Assembly (NCBI GenBank): GCA_973895155.1
Contig: OZ316892.1
Location: forward strand, 5,230,510-5,294,509
From: Marsupella aquatica
Lineage: Eukaryota > Plantae > Marchantiophyta
Direction of reading: 5' to 3'
DNA length: 64,000 nucleotides
The position numbers and the translations under genes are program-made. The notes beneath the pieces were generated by a model. It searched no databases. It had not been told where the DNA came from and was given only the letters and a program-made list of their open reading frames with translations. This document shows positions 35,802 through 46,246 of the stretch, one piece after another. Position 1 is the first letter of the stretch, and every line of letters starts with the position of its first letter.

Positions 35802-36533
35802 CTAAGTCAAGAGCTCATTGCTACAAAATACTTCCCCACAACAGGTGCACCTAAATACTTCATGCCCAGACTCATCTACTCCAAGCAACTCAACATTAAC
35901 TCTATGACCATCTGCTTTGATAGGAGCCCTCCATTGTGCACCCATTGCACTGAATTGTTGTTGAAGCCATGCCTCTGCCTCAGAATGGGACCTAAAAGAC
36001 TTGTGACTAGCTCCACTGAATCTGCTCACCTGACATTCTGCCTCCTCCCAAGTACGCTATATTCCAGGACTGCGCCCCCTAGCAATGGCATACCATTTTT
36101 TCTTTGAGGTAGAGCCTAGATCACAATTGTATGGAAGAGCAATTGACTTAGAGCGAGAGGAGAAAGTCTGTGATTGTAATTTCACCCTTGTGGCAGGCTG
36201 AGTTTGCGCAACGTCAACCAATTGTGCTTGTGAGGCTGACAAAGTTGGACCTGCATTAGCACCTTGGCGCCGAGCCGATATAGGTTTTGGTGGCCAAACA
36301 ACAGCCACTACAGGGGAATCGTGACCCTCTGATTTTGATGGCGCTGTACTTTGAGCAAGGGGAGGCAGCCCATCTCGATTCCACACTGAAGACAAACACA
36401 AAATCCGTTCCAACATGCGATGGAGGAAGAAGAGTAGTGCACTCAAACCTGCAAATACGGTCCATATGGCGAACCCCAATGCCCAAAACAACTGAACTAC
36501 AAAACCAACACTGCCTTCATTGAACTTTGCCAT
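35802..36533 (-). pseudogene. ORF with an N-terminal hydrophobic segment and an RNase H1 N-terminal / caulimovirus viroplasmin-like hybrid-binding domain
   Basis: KKWYAIARGRSPGI*RTWEEAECQVSRFSGASHKSFRSHSEAEAWL matches the HBD consensus. A TAG at 36059-36057 replaces the conserved Tyr. Confidence 0.8.
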
Positions 36534-37032
36534 TGCCAAATGGCAATCCTGTCCTTCGCGCTGTCGTTGTTGCTCTCCTGTCCTTGGCACTCTCGCTCTC
36601 TCTGGCGCTGTCGGGCGCTGCACAATCTACTCAGACCTCTCTCTGGCGCTGCAGTGCTGTCCTGTCCATCCTCTACTACACTGGTCTCCTAATACCTCCT
36701 CCCTTTGTTGTCACTCATGTGGACGACTTCAAAGACTCCGCTTTAGTCCGCTCGCCAAATGCGCACATTCTCCATCGAACACTCTATGTCGAACAACGGT
36801 CCCGCGCGCCAATATCATTGCGGAAGTAGATTCAAATTTGAAGACATTATGGTCAATGTATTCAATGTCAATGAAGGAAGTTAAGAAGACAACATGGTCG
36901 CTGTCTTGAAGTGCAAGGATGGAAGATAAACGGAAAGACAACATGAATATGTTGTATTCATCAGAGAATAATGGTGGAAAAAAGTGACAAAAGTCTGTTT
37001 TGATGCACAACCAAAGTTCAGTAATAAAGTAA

Positions 37033-40000
37033 CTAGTAAGGTTCAGTAATATCAACATGATATTGTGACCCAAATCCTTGACAGTGTATTGCAGCCTCAT
37101 TGGCCAATTCCATGCACCTATCAATGAAAGCTTGTGGCAATTGTTGTTCACTATTTGGGAGAAGGGGCTGAGGCACAATGCTCTGGATTGGTCCTGTGTC
37201 TGTTGTTGGTGCTGTCAATTCAATACTATATTCAGTCTGTAGTAGTTGGTCTTCCCAAGGAAAGGGTGACACAGGTGGGTGCTCCAAATTGACTGCATCA
37301 CCATTATCCACCTGCATATGAAGGCAACTTTAAAATTTGTCCCTAGCATGAGACCACACATGCATGAAGCCCACAAGTAATGATATATACTTGTAAGAAG
37401 ACTGTTAATGTTGGAATCCTTACTCTTGCCGGATCTATTGGCGTCACACTATGGACTTTATCACAAGATCTTTGGTTATGTCCAACCTGCCCACACTTAC
37501 TGCACCTGCACTTCCCAGTGTTAGGCCCCGCTTTCTTTGCCCTCGATTGAACTTGAACAATTGGAAGTCCAGCAATAGTGTTTGCTGTTGAAAAGGGTTC
37601 CACCCTATTTGGATCATCATCTAGTGGATATCTCAAGAATAGTTGTCCAAGGGAGTCAATCACTTATTCTTCGCCTTCTCCAAGAGCCCTAGGTGGATGC
37701 CTCCCTCCACGACCCTGTTCGATGCGGACCATTCTATGTCTGCCCCTTTTCACAGCAGCCACAGGAGCAACACAATTTGGACTTGGCATTAAGTCTGATA
37801 CAATAAAGCTAGGTAAAACATTGTCATACAAAGCCCTAATTGAAGCAGTCCGCCAACATTTGTGAAAATGAGCAGAATTTTTTTTGCCTTCCTGGTCATC
37901 CCAAGCCATTATATGCTCACATGGCCACACCCTTTCTTGCAGCTCCCAACAAGTGCAACATTTCTTTGGTGACAGTGACACTAGATACTCCTCACTTTGG
38001 GATGTAGTTTGAACCTTGGCTGTGGACGCACCATCATCAAACACCTGAGCATATGAAAACTTGGATATAATTACAAAACTATTCAAATAAAGAATACATT
38101 CATACTAGTGTATTTTAATTGAACACAGAGCTATTAAGAAGACATTGATGTTACAGTATATACAGAACACGTAGCTAGTAATGCATACACAAGACCAGGC
38201 ATGAAGATTACCTGCCATTGACCAAACGTCTTGAGATTCTTGTTGTACCTGACCAGGGCTGGAATAGTGAGTACTTCCTGTCTCGCCAACGCAACTGCTT
38301 TCTTTTCTTTAAACTTTTGCTGAACATATACCCACATGCGCTCCATCAACTTGCAAGGAGCAAATTTGCGCAAGGGGAGTAAGCCTGAATTTGCTTGCTC
38401 AGCAGGGTTGCTTGTAACCTTTGCCATGCGGGGAAGTGGAAAGGCATGCCTGGCATAAATTTTTGCATCAAAACTTCTGATGTAGTCTACAGCATTTGCA
38501 TTCTCATGTGCCTTGACGGACTCTGCCAGTCGCTTCAAACATGCTTCAAATCTGATACAGGTTCACAGGGAAAACATTGATGTTAATGTATACAATCATG
38601 TCATACACACAGAAAACACTTGTGTGAGTGATATGTACTTCACATTCTGTATTCGAGGAGAGGTAATATTACTGTATTGAACACTGAGTATGCGCTATAT
38701 ACATAAGAAGACAAATGTATGTAAAATCAAAGCAATGAAGGTTTTTGGACTTACTGTCTTTCATCGTTGGCATATATGCATCCTGTAAAAATATCTGCTG
38801 CTGCTTTGCCATGTCTGTTCTTGACATTAGCTCTCAGGTGGTTTGCACATGCTGCATGTATCTTACCTGGCCATACGTAACTCACAACGGCAAGTAGACC
38901 TTTTTGTCGGTCTGATATGAGTGGCATGTGAGGCGATTCAATGCCATACAATGATCTATCTACCAATTCCAGAAACCAGATCCAATTATCTGTGTTCTCA
39001 ATTGGAGCTACTGCGTAACATAGAATCAATCCTTGGCCATTTCCATCCAAACATGTAGCTAAGAATAGTTGAGTGGGGTACTTCCTGTTCTTTGTATGAC
39101 ATGCATCAAGAGAGATGAGAGGTTGAATGTAGGTACATGCTTTTCGTATAGCTGATGGGCAAATGAAAGCTCGACAGAAAACGTTGGAGTTTTCCATTGG
39201 GGACCAGACTGCCACTGCACCAGGGTCAGTCTCTCTCACCCTGGCAATTAATTCCGAAATCATTTGAAACGTGTCTTCCTGCCCACCAAGGTGCAGATCC
39301 CGTACATAGTCTTTTGCTCGCCACATTTGGTGGTAAGTGCTGTTCTTTTTATAATCCCCTTGAAATCCGTAGAGTAGTTCTTTGACCGGCACCTTCAAAT
39401 TTCTACACACTCTAGGCGCCAGTGTGTCTCCTAACCACACTGCCTTTTGTGTTGGGCCCCTCCACTCTCCACTTGTGTTTAGATACTGGACAATTGTGTT
39501 TCAGCTCACACACAGTAATGATATGAGCCCCGCTGTGAGCTTGCCAGTGACATCCGACCCTGAATGGGCAGTAGGCTGAACAATCTAAACCATCTTCATC
39601 GTACTGTGGTGGGGGCCTAAACCTAGAAAACTCCCCGCATACTCCTGTGGTAGAAATCTTCCTGACTTTTACCGTGCCAGGGGCATGTGACCCAGGTAGC
39701 CACACATTGCTATGCTGCACTACTGTGTGTGGTTTCTTTGCCATTGTTGTGTTCCTCTGGAGACAGTTTGGATCCAGAGGTCCAAGGGGTGCACGAACCT
39801 CCTATTGCAATCCACACAGAACATATTCATGTTATTGTATATGGAAACACAGAAGATAGTGGTGTCATTGTATACAAAATACACACCACAATGGGGATGT
39901 TTATATGAAACATAGAAGACACTCATGACGTCGTATACAAAACATTGATGGTAAAATGCAAAGAAGACATTCCTGTTGAGGTATACCTGTGGAGCATTTG

Positions 40001-40940
40001 TGAGAACGATTGCCAAGACGATTGCTCCAGACTGGTTTGTTGATCCTGCCATCTGTTGAATAGCAATTTGAAACTCACGGTCTTCCATCTACAATAGCAG
40101 CACAAACATACCATGCATCAAAACACAGAGTCACAAGTATTACATTTCTAACCCTTCAAAAAAACCACAATGATATAGGTATGGACTCTTGAAAAGCTTT
40201 ACCTCTTCCACTGTCAATAATGGTTCTGCATAGGTATTGTGTGACCTTTGTGTCCCCCTTGGTTCGGATGTGATTCCTCTGTCACGGAACCCACTATACT
40301 CACCGTAACGACTGTTATAGTGCCAATCTAATTCATGTTCATCTTCATCATCCAATTCATGGATATACAGTGAATCTTCATCTTCTGAACTATCACTACA
40401 TTCAGAACTGTCTGGCCCAGGTCTGATGTCACCACTTGACTTCCTTTCATGTCGATGAGCAATCTTACTAAATCGGCAAACCCTTGTTCAAAAATTGGGG
40501 GCGGTTTTAAGTCTATACACTACTTGGCCATGCATCACAGCCCATGAGTCCAAACATCTATCAAATTCATCAAAATTGCTAAAACGCTCGCCCAGATGAA
40601 TGCGGGCCGCCTCTGCTTCCACTGCAAAGAGCATTGTAGAATACATAATGAAGAACGTCTACCGGAGCAACAACTTCAACAGTGCAAAACTTATGATTCA
40701 TACGGGAGCAACTTCAACTTCATACTTAAGCCAAACAAATCCTCCAATTTATACTAGAAGCACAATAGATTCACCTTTTTCGGGATTCTTCCCATCCAGG
40801 ATTGATTTCAGATTTTTCAGATGTCTTCGTGTTGTTCCCCGCCTTGCTCTTTGTGGTGATTGCCTGTCAGAATCGGGAATGTCCACCTCACAGACATCCC
40901 CTGGACGCCAAAGATTGATGTCACTTACATCATCTGCCAT
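37033..40940 (-). pseudogene. MuDRA-like transposase, multi-exon, disabled
   Basis: IHLGERF...W N-terminal motif, CPF...HNC finger, LISLDACH, ISDRQKGL, CANH, TSNPAEQAN (DDE), SWIM CTC...PCEH, knuckle CSKCGQVGHNQRSC. Stops at 40490-40488 and 37666-37664, frameshift at 39460-39473. The gene ends are approximate. Confidence 0.92.
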
Positions 40941-41419
40941 GATCCTGTACTTCAATGTGCATATGAGTACTATGCAGAGGTTAGTCATGTCCATTTAACG
41001 TAACGCTCAAAAACATTTACTAAGCCACATGCAATAGGGCTCTGCAGCCCATGAACTGACACCGTTTCCTAACATTGTTTGTGCCTTCAGTTTACACATT
41101 CTAACATCTGCACAGTAGTACCTTGTTTTCCTGTACAATCGATGGTGGTAGGTGCGTGCGTCGTGCGCCTCGTGTAAAGTTGAGTGTACTTGTTATCGGG
41201 CATGGACAAAAGTTGGGATGGGAGAATATTAAAAAATGCGGAGATTAGTTTACAAATAGAATACAATCATGTCAATGTATTCGCATTCGTGTAACATAAC
41301 CCTAATGTTGATCGTGACGGCGTGGATGGGCAAATGCCCGATTTTGACTTCTAATTACGAGGTCCCGTTGCCTGATTACTGCGCGCTTGACCCTAAACCG
41401 CCCCGACAATGTGCGCCTC

Positions 41420-41755
41420 GACAATGTGCGCCCCGACAATGTGCGCCCTAAACAGAAATTTTGTTGAAGACATAAACCACGATGTATTCACGCTCATAAG
41501 GGACCATAGTGCGAGGGGGGGAAAATCGCGTAGTTGCGGCCCGACTGCAGCGGAGTCGCGTGGTCGACTACGGGAGGCAACCCTGCGTGGTGGCATGGCT
41601 CCCAACTGTGCAGTAAGGCCTTTACATGGGGGAAACTGCCTTACACGGGAGCAAAGGGTACGGGCCATAATGAGGGGGCTGATTGGGGCAAAAAAGTTTG
41701 GAGGGGCTGATCAAGTAAAGTTTCTCCTGGAGGGGGTCTATTGAGCATATCCCTC
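41420..41755 (-). repeat. MULE right TIR
   Basis: Inverted copy of 19644-19980. The inner end carries GACAATGTGCGCC(C/T)C units, three here versus two on the left. Confidence 0.96.
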
Positions 41756-44439
41756 AAATTCAAAACAATGTTTGAAAGTGAAAGCCGTCTACCCTAGTTG
41801 AGAGTGTCCATCCAGGCTGTTTGTCAAACATTGTGGTCTATCTAGGCTTCTTTTTAAATCTCCGCGGCTTGACATTTGTGGAAAATTAAACAGCAAAATA
41901 TTCATTGGTGCGTACTATTCAAGCGCAGAGTACCATTATCATCTCATCTGAAACGATGGGCTCCCACGTGTGTACTAGTCAAGCGCAAAGGGTGACTCAC
42001 TGACTGTTCCCATCTCTTCGACGAGAATTTGTCAATTCAATCATACGTCTTGTTGTCGTCCACAAAGCTTCACTTCGTGTGATTGTGGGTTTGTGGGAAT
42101 TGTGGGGCTCCAAATCTCCAGTGTAATTCGTACTCACTTGGACGAGGTCAACATTATGTTGTGGACCGGCAAGCTCCGCTCACTACGTCATGGCCTCGAT
42201 TTGATTTCGGGATTGGTTTTTGGATCAGCTTCAATCCTGTACAGGATCATCCTGTACTCACTGGTACTTTCAGTCGTAACCTCGCTATTGTGGAAGGTGG
42301 ACGGTGGTCATGGTGCATCCAGCATTCCAGTGCATACCCAAACAGTCGTCAGTACAGACTACAGCCATGCGGCGCAAACAGCTCGCAGAAGAGATGGAGT
42401 TTGAAGTGAGTGCTCTTCTAGTCTCTAGTTCAACCTTAAATTAGTGAAGTGTTCTTCAATGAGTTCTGTATGCAGGGGTAAGTGAGGTTCCGACTTCAAC
42501 GAAACCTTTCAAGGCAAAATCATAGAAAACAAGAAAAGAGCGGAGAGAGGAACTTCGAGTGGTGAGACGGAATAAAGTCCATCAGAAATGTTTATCTCCC
42601 GCGGCCACACACTTTTGCCCAATAAAGCCTTCGATGCAAGGGAAAAACCAGTATCAATAGCATTGTGCCGGTGAAGTGTGTCCACGATAGGCAGGGTCGG
42701 TACGCTGCAATCATGAAAAGGCCCGAGCTAATTATTATTCAGACTGGGACATTGAATCCAGGATTCGAAGTAGTTTGCAAATTCGATAATTACCCGGATT
42801 AGCATGACTAGATCATTAGTAAGATTTTGAAGTGATGGTGTGTCTGAGCGTGGCTGGACAGAGTGGATTCTCGGGTTGACTATATTCTGGCACTGAATTG
42901 ATTCATCATCAGGCGGTGGCTGCAGTGGCCTTTCCACGTCCACAAAATGAATCTGATGAGGGAATTTATCAAGCCAAAGAATTGAATCTTCTGAGAGAGA
43001 GAGTTAGCAGCGGTCAGTCGGTCACATTCCCCGCATATGTAACTTCAAATGATTTTAATGTATCCTTTACGAATTAAAGACATTCACCCACATAATTACA
43101 TAATTTCAGATGATTCAACACATCTAGGAAAGATATTCACCCACGTATCTAACTTCAAATGATTCAACACATCTACGAAGGACATATACCCACTCAATCG
43201 CAAATAGTATGTGACTTCAAATGATTGAACAAATTTGGTCGGAGCCAGAGATGAAAGGCAGCGAATGCACTCAAAGGCACTGTAGGTGATTTGAATCCAG
43301 ACAGGTATATCAATGCCCACTCGTGCGGTTCTGGCCGGAGTGGCAGGCATTCCTGCTAACCTAAAGAGCAACAAGTTACTTACTTCTGGATCACGTCCGT
43401 GGTACAGTACTGTAGGTCTCACATGTACCTCGAGGGTCGATCCAAGGGAGGCAGTTGATCGATTTCATTCTATCCTGTAGTAAAAATCACAGGGCAAGCG
43501 CGTAGACATGCAAGCAATCGTCGCATTATAAAATAAAATATGACTTCAGTCCTTCATAATTACGCAGATCCTACAAATAAATGTATGATTGCGATTTGAT
43601 TTAGAGTTTCAAAGACTTGCTTCATCAGTAACCTCGTGTCAAGACACAAACGTTTCAGTGTTTCATGCTTGGAAAAACCATTTTTCGGGAAACACAGATC
43701 TTCGGCACACAATCATCGATCCTTATTACTTATGTGTGTGCGTGGTCTCCACTATATTTACTCATGATTAGAGACAGCAGGCAAGCTCGATCATATAACG
43801 GGTATAGATGATTGGAAGCAATCCCACGTTACAAACGGTAATCATCATGCATTAGCATTGTATCTCGATTTCTTGAGACAACGGTGAATCAGCTTCTTGT
43901 TCTTACTGTGTGTCTTGGGAAATTTTTCTGTTTTCCTTCAACAATAAAAAATGCAGAAAAGGTGCACAGGCACTCAAAGCTCTTCCCACACGAACACATT
44001 GATCATGGCCAGGGGAAGCAGGAGCCGACCACATCATGGCCCTGAGTCCCTGACCCACGATCAGTCAGGAAGGAGTGTACAGTCAATACAACAACAGGGA
44101 CAGACAGTGCAAAAGGTGGTCTGGCCTGGAAATCTTTGAAGCCAACAAAAGGCGAAAAAAGGTGGTCTGGCCAGTCCTTAACCAAGACGCAAGATCCTTC
44201 GACAATGGATTGGCTACAGTACCCAATGTAAAAGCTCCAAGCTCGATTAAAAAAGAGCCAAGACGACTCTGAGTTTGAGTATCAGTCCTTCATAACTGAT
44301 CTCATTCTATTTTGAATAGACATACTGACATTTCATTGAATTGAAATAGGATATAGCACTTGAAGCACCCTGGCTGCAGGTGGGTGGGTGGGTGGAGGGG
44401 GAGACTCTGCACTTGGTTGACCACTGTGAAGAAGGGAAG

Positions 44440-44830
44440 TACATATATAACACTGCCAAATAACCAAAAAAATGTCAAACCTGGACAGGGCAGAGATCCA
44501 ATATAGGGGGGCAAAGATGAGAAAAGCCCCAGTAGGGCAAATGAGCTACATAAGCCTGAGAGTCTCCAACAAGGGCAAAAAACTAAAATCCCACAGAGCA
44601 GGAAACTAATAAAAAACTCTACTAGGCAGCAAACTGAAAGCTCGGTAAAGCTTGGGAGGAAACTGGCAGGATAGAGAACCGGATATAAGAGGGGATCACA
44701 AAGAGGAATTTGTCTAGAGGCAGTAAAACCAAAGCCCTCTACAAAGAATAATGACTGTGAGAGCCCTCTGTAGTGTAACAGACATCCGCTGAAGGAAGGG
44801 AATTAGGGCAAGGCACACCAACTGGTTGTT
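44440..44830 (-). mobile_element. 3' fragment of the RLE-type non-LTR retrotransposon, copy 2
   Basis: The minus strand reads FLQRMSVTLQRALTVIILCRG. The stop region and 3' UTR align with 7700-7900. Confidence 0.6.
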
Positions 44831-44913
44831 GCTAATGATCTTCAGAACACTATTGAGAAATCTCCCATCCATGATTGTCAAGTGATATTAGCCTGACTAT
44901 CCCTTCAAAGAAC

Positions 44914-45104
44914 GTAAATATAGGAGTATAAAAAACCTTGCAAGAAAAAGATTCCTTATTATTGACACTCATTTGTCCAGTTCCCTACACCCCCAAGTTA
45001 AGTAAATATAGATAAGTATTAAAAAACCTTGCACGAAAAAGATTCCTTATTAGTGAGACTCATTTATGATTTGTCCAGTTTCCTACATGACCCCAAAGTT
45101 AAGT
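44914..45104. repeat. tandem duplication, about 90-100 bp x2
   Basis: GTAAATATAG...AAAAAACCTTGCA.GAAAAAGATTCCTTATTA...TTGTCCAGTT...AAGTTAAGT occurs twice. Confidence 0.85.
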
Positions 45105-45490
45105 GACATGGACAGAGTTATGGTCTAGAGGCTTTCCTCTAGACCTAGGCCATAAAAATATATATTTATCTTGAATTATAGTAAGATTGCAGGTAGTGTG
45201 AATTGCTTGTCATTTTTGCAATGCTACAATTAATAGAGAAAATCCAACAATTAAGAAATAACACATGAATGCTCATGATTATATACAATGCTACCTACCA
45301 AAACATTTAGACTGTCATATGTTCAGCAATTTTCCAGAGAACAATCTTTATGGAATCACTAGCCATCTCGTTTCCAGATTGACAAACTATTAATCTGAAG
45401 CTAAGTTGAACACAATGACTTGGGTCAGAAGTCAAAAGGAGAGGTGATGAGGTCTATGAGAGGACATCCCAAATGGAGAAGCAAGCACTT

Positions 45491-46246
45491 TCACCAACTG
45501 CGACTGGCAGAGTTGGATTGGGAGGTGGATCTGCTCCTAGATCGGTTAAGATTGGGAAAGTTATTAGGATTACGGTTGTCCATCTGGGAAATCTCTTCCA
45601 AATGCGGGAGGAGGTCTAAAAGTTGTTGATCTCTCATGTCATCAATAAAAGAGCTAATAGGAATGGCATTAGCTGGCTGCAACATGTAGGAGTGAGGGCT
45701 ATTATCAATGATGATGACCTTAGAGAGATCCCGGCCCAGCAAGGTGAGGTCCTTCACCAAGCCTCCTTCAATTGGCCTACAAGACTCACGATATCTTCTG
45801 AACCTGATAGCATTATGTTTGTCCAAAATATCCAGCAATGGGTCTGCATACTTTCTCAAGCTTGCTGTGAAGATGACTACCTCAAATACCTTGGCCATTG
45901 CCTCTAAGAACCTATCCACCCCTGGCCGTTTTATCACATATACACTGCAAGGCTTTCCCTCAACCTCAACCGTGATGTTGAAGTCATAGTGGGGGACCAC
46001 CTTGAATGATGAATGAACTAAAGTTTCATCTAGGTCAAGTACCAGTGTCTTCCGCCCATCATGGTCTTGGCTCTGAGGGGGCAGGCGAGCATATTCCTCA
46101 GGGCCAGGGGGCTGGCCCTGACCTTGACCCACTTGCTGGCACTCACAATTGCTACTCGGGTCGCATCGACCACCACTATTTTGTTGTTGTAAGTTCACCA
46201 GTTCTGAATCACACTCAGCTACCTTATTCACTTGAAAGCATTGCAT
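45491..46246 (-). CDS. CTD small phosphatase-like (NIF/FCP1, HAD superfamily) protein
   Basis: KTLVLDLDETLVHS (DxDxT), KRPGVDRFL, VIFTAS..KYADPLLD.LD, RYRESC, KDL..LGRDL, IIIDNSP, NAIPISSF. The catalytic domain is intronless; the true start is uncertain. Confidence 0.93.
   Translation of the reverse strand: MQCFQVNKVAECDSELVNLQQQNSGGRCDPSSNCECQQVGQGQGQPPGPEEYARLPPQSQDHDGRKTLVLDLDETLVHSSFKVVPHYDFNITVEVEGKPCSVYVIKRPGVDRFLEAMAKVFEVVIFTASLRKYADPLLDILDKHNAIRFRRYRESCRPIEGGLVKDLTLLGRDLSKVIIIDNSPHSYMLQPANAIPISSFIDDMRDQQLLDLLPHLEEISQMDNRNPNNFPNLNRSRSRSTSQSNSASRSW

Larger units (their letters stand above)
19644..41755 (-). mobile_element. Mutator-like element (MULE), 22.1 kb including the nested CACTA
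   Basis: About 337-bp TIRs starting GAGGG, perfect 10-bp TSD AAATTCAAAA (19634-19643 and 41756-41765), internal MuDRA-type transposase. Confidence 0.97.

Noticed and set aside
36804-36818. Partial miR171-like match (CGCGCCAATATCA)
   Set aside because: Only 13 nt match, with no precursor hairpin seen.
42083-42409. Overlapping ORFs of about 105 aa, one with a hydrophobic stretch
   Set aside because: No recognisable family and non-ATG starts.
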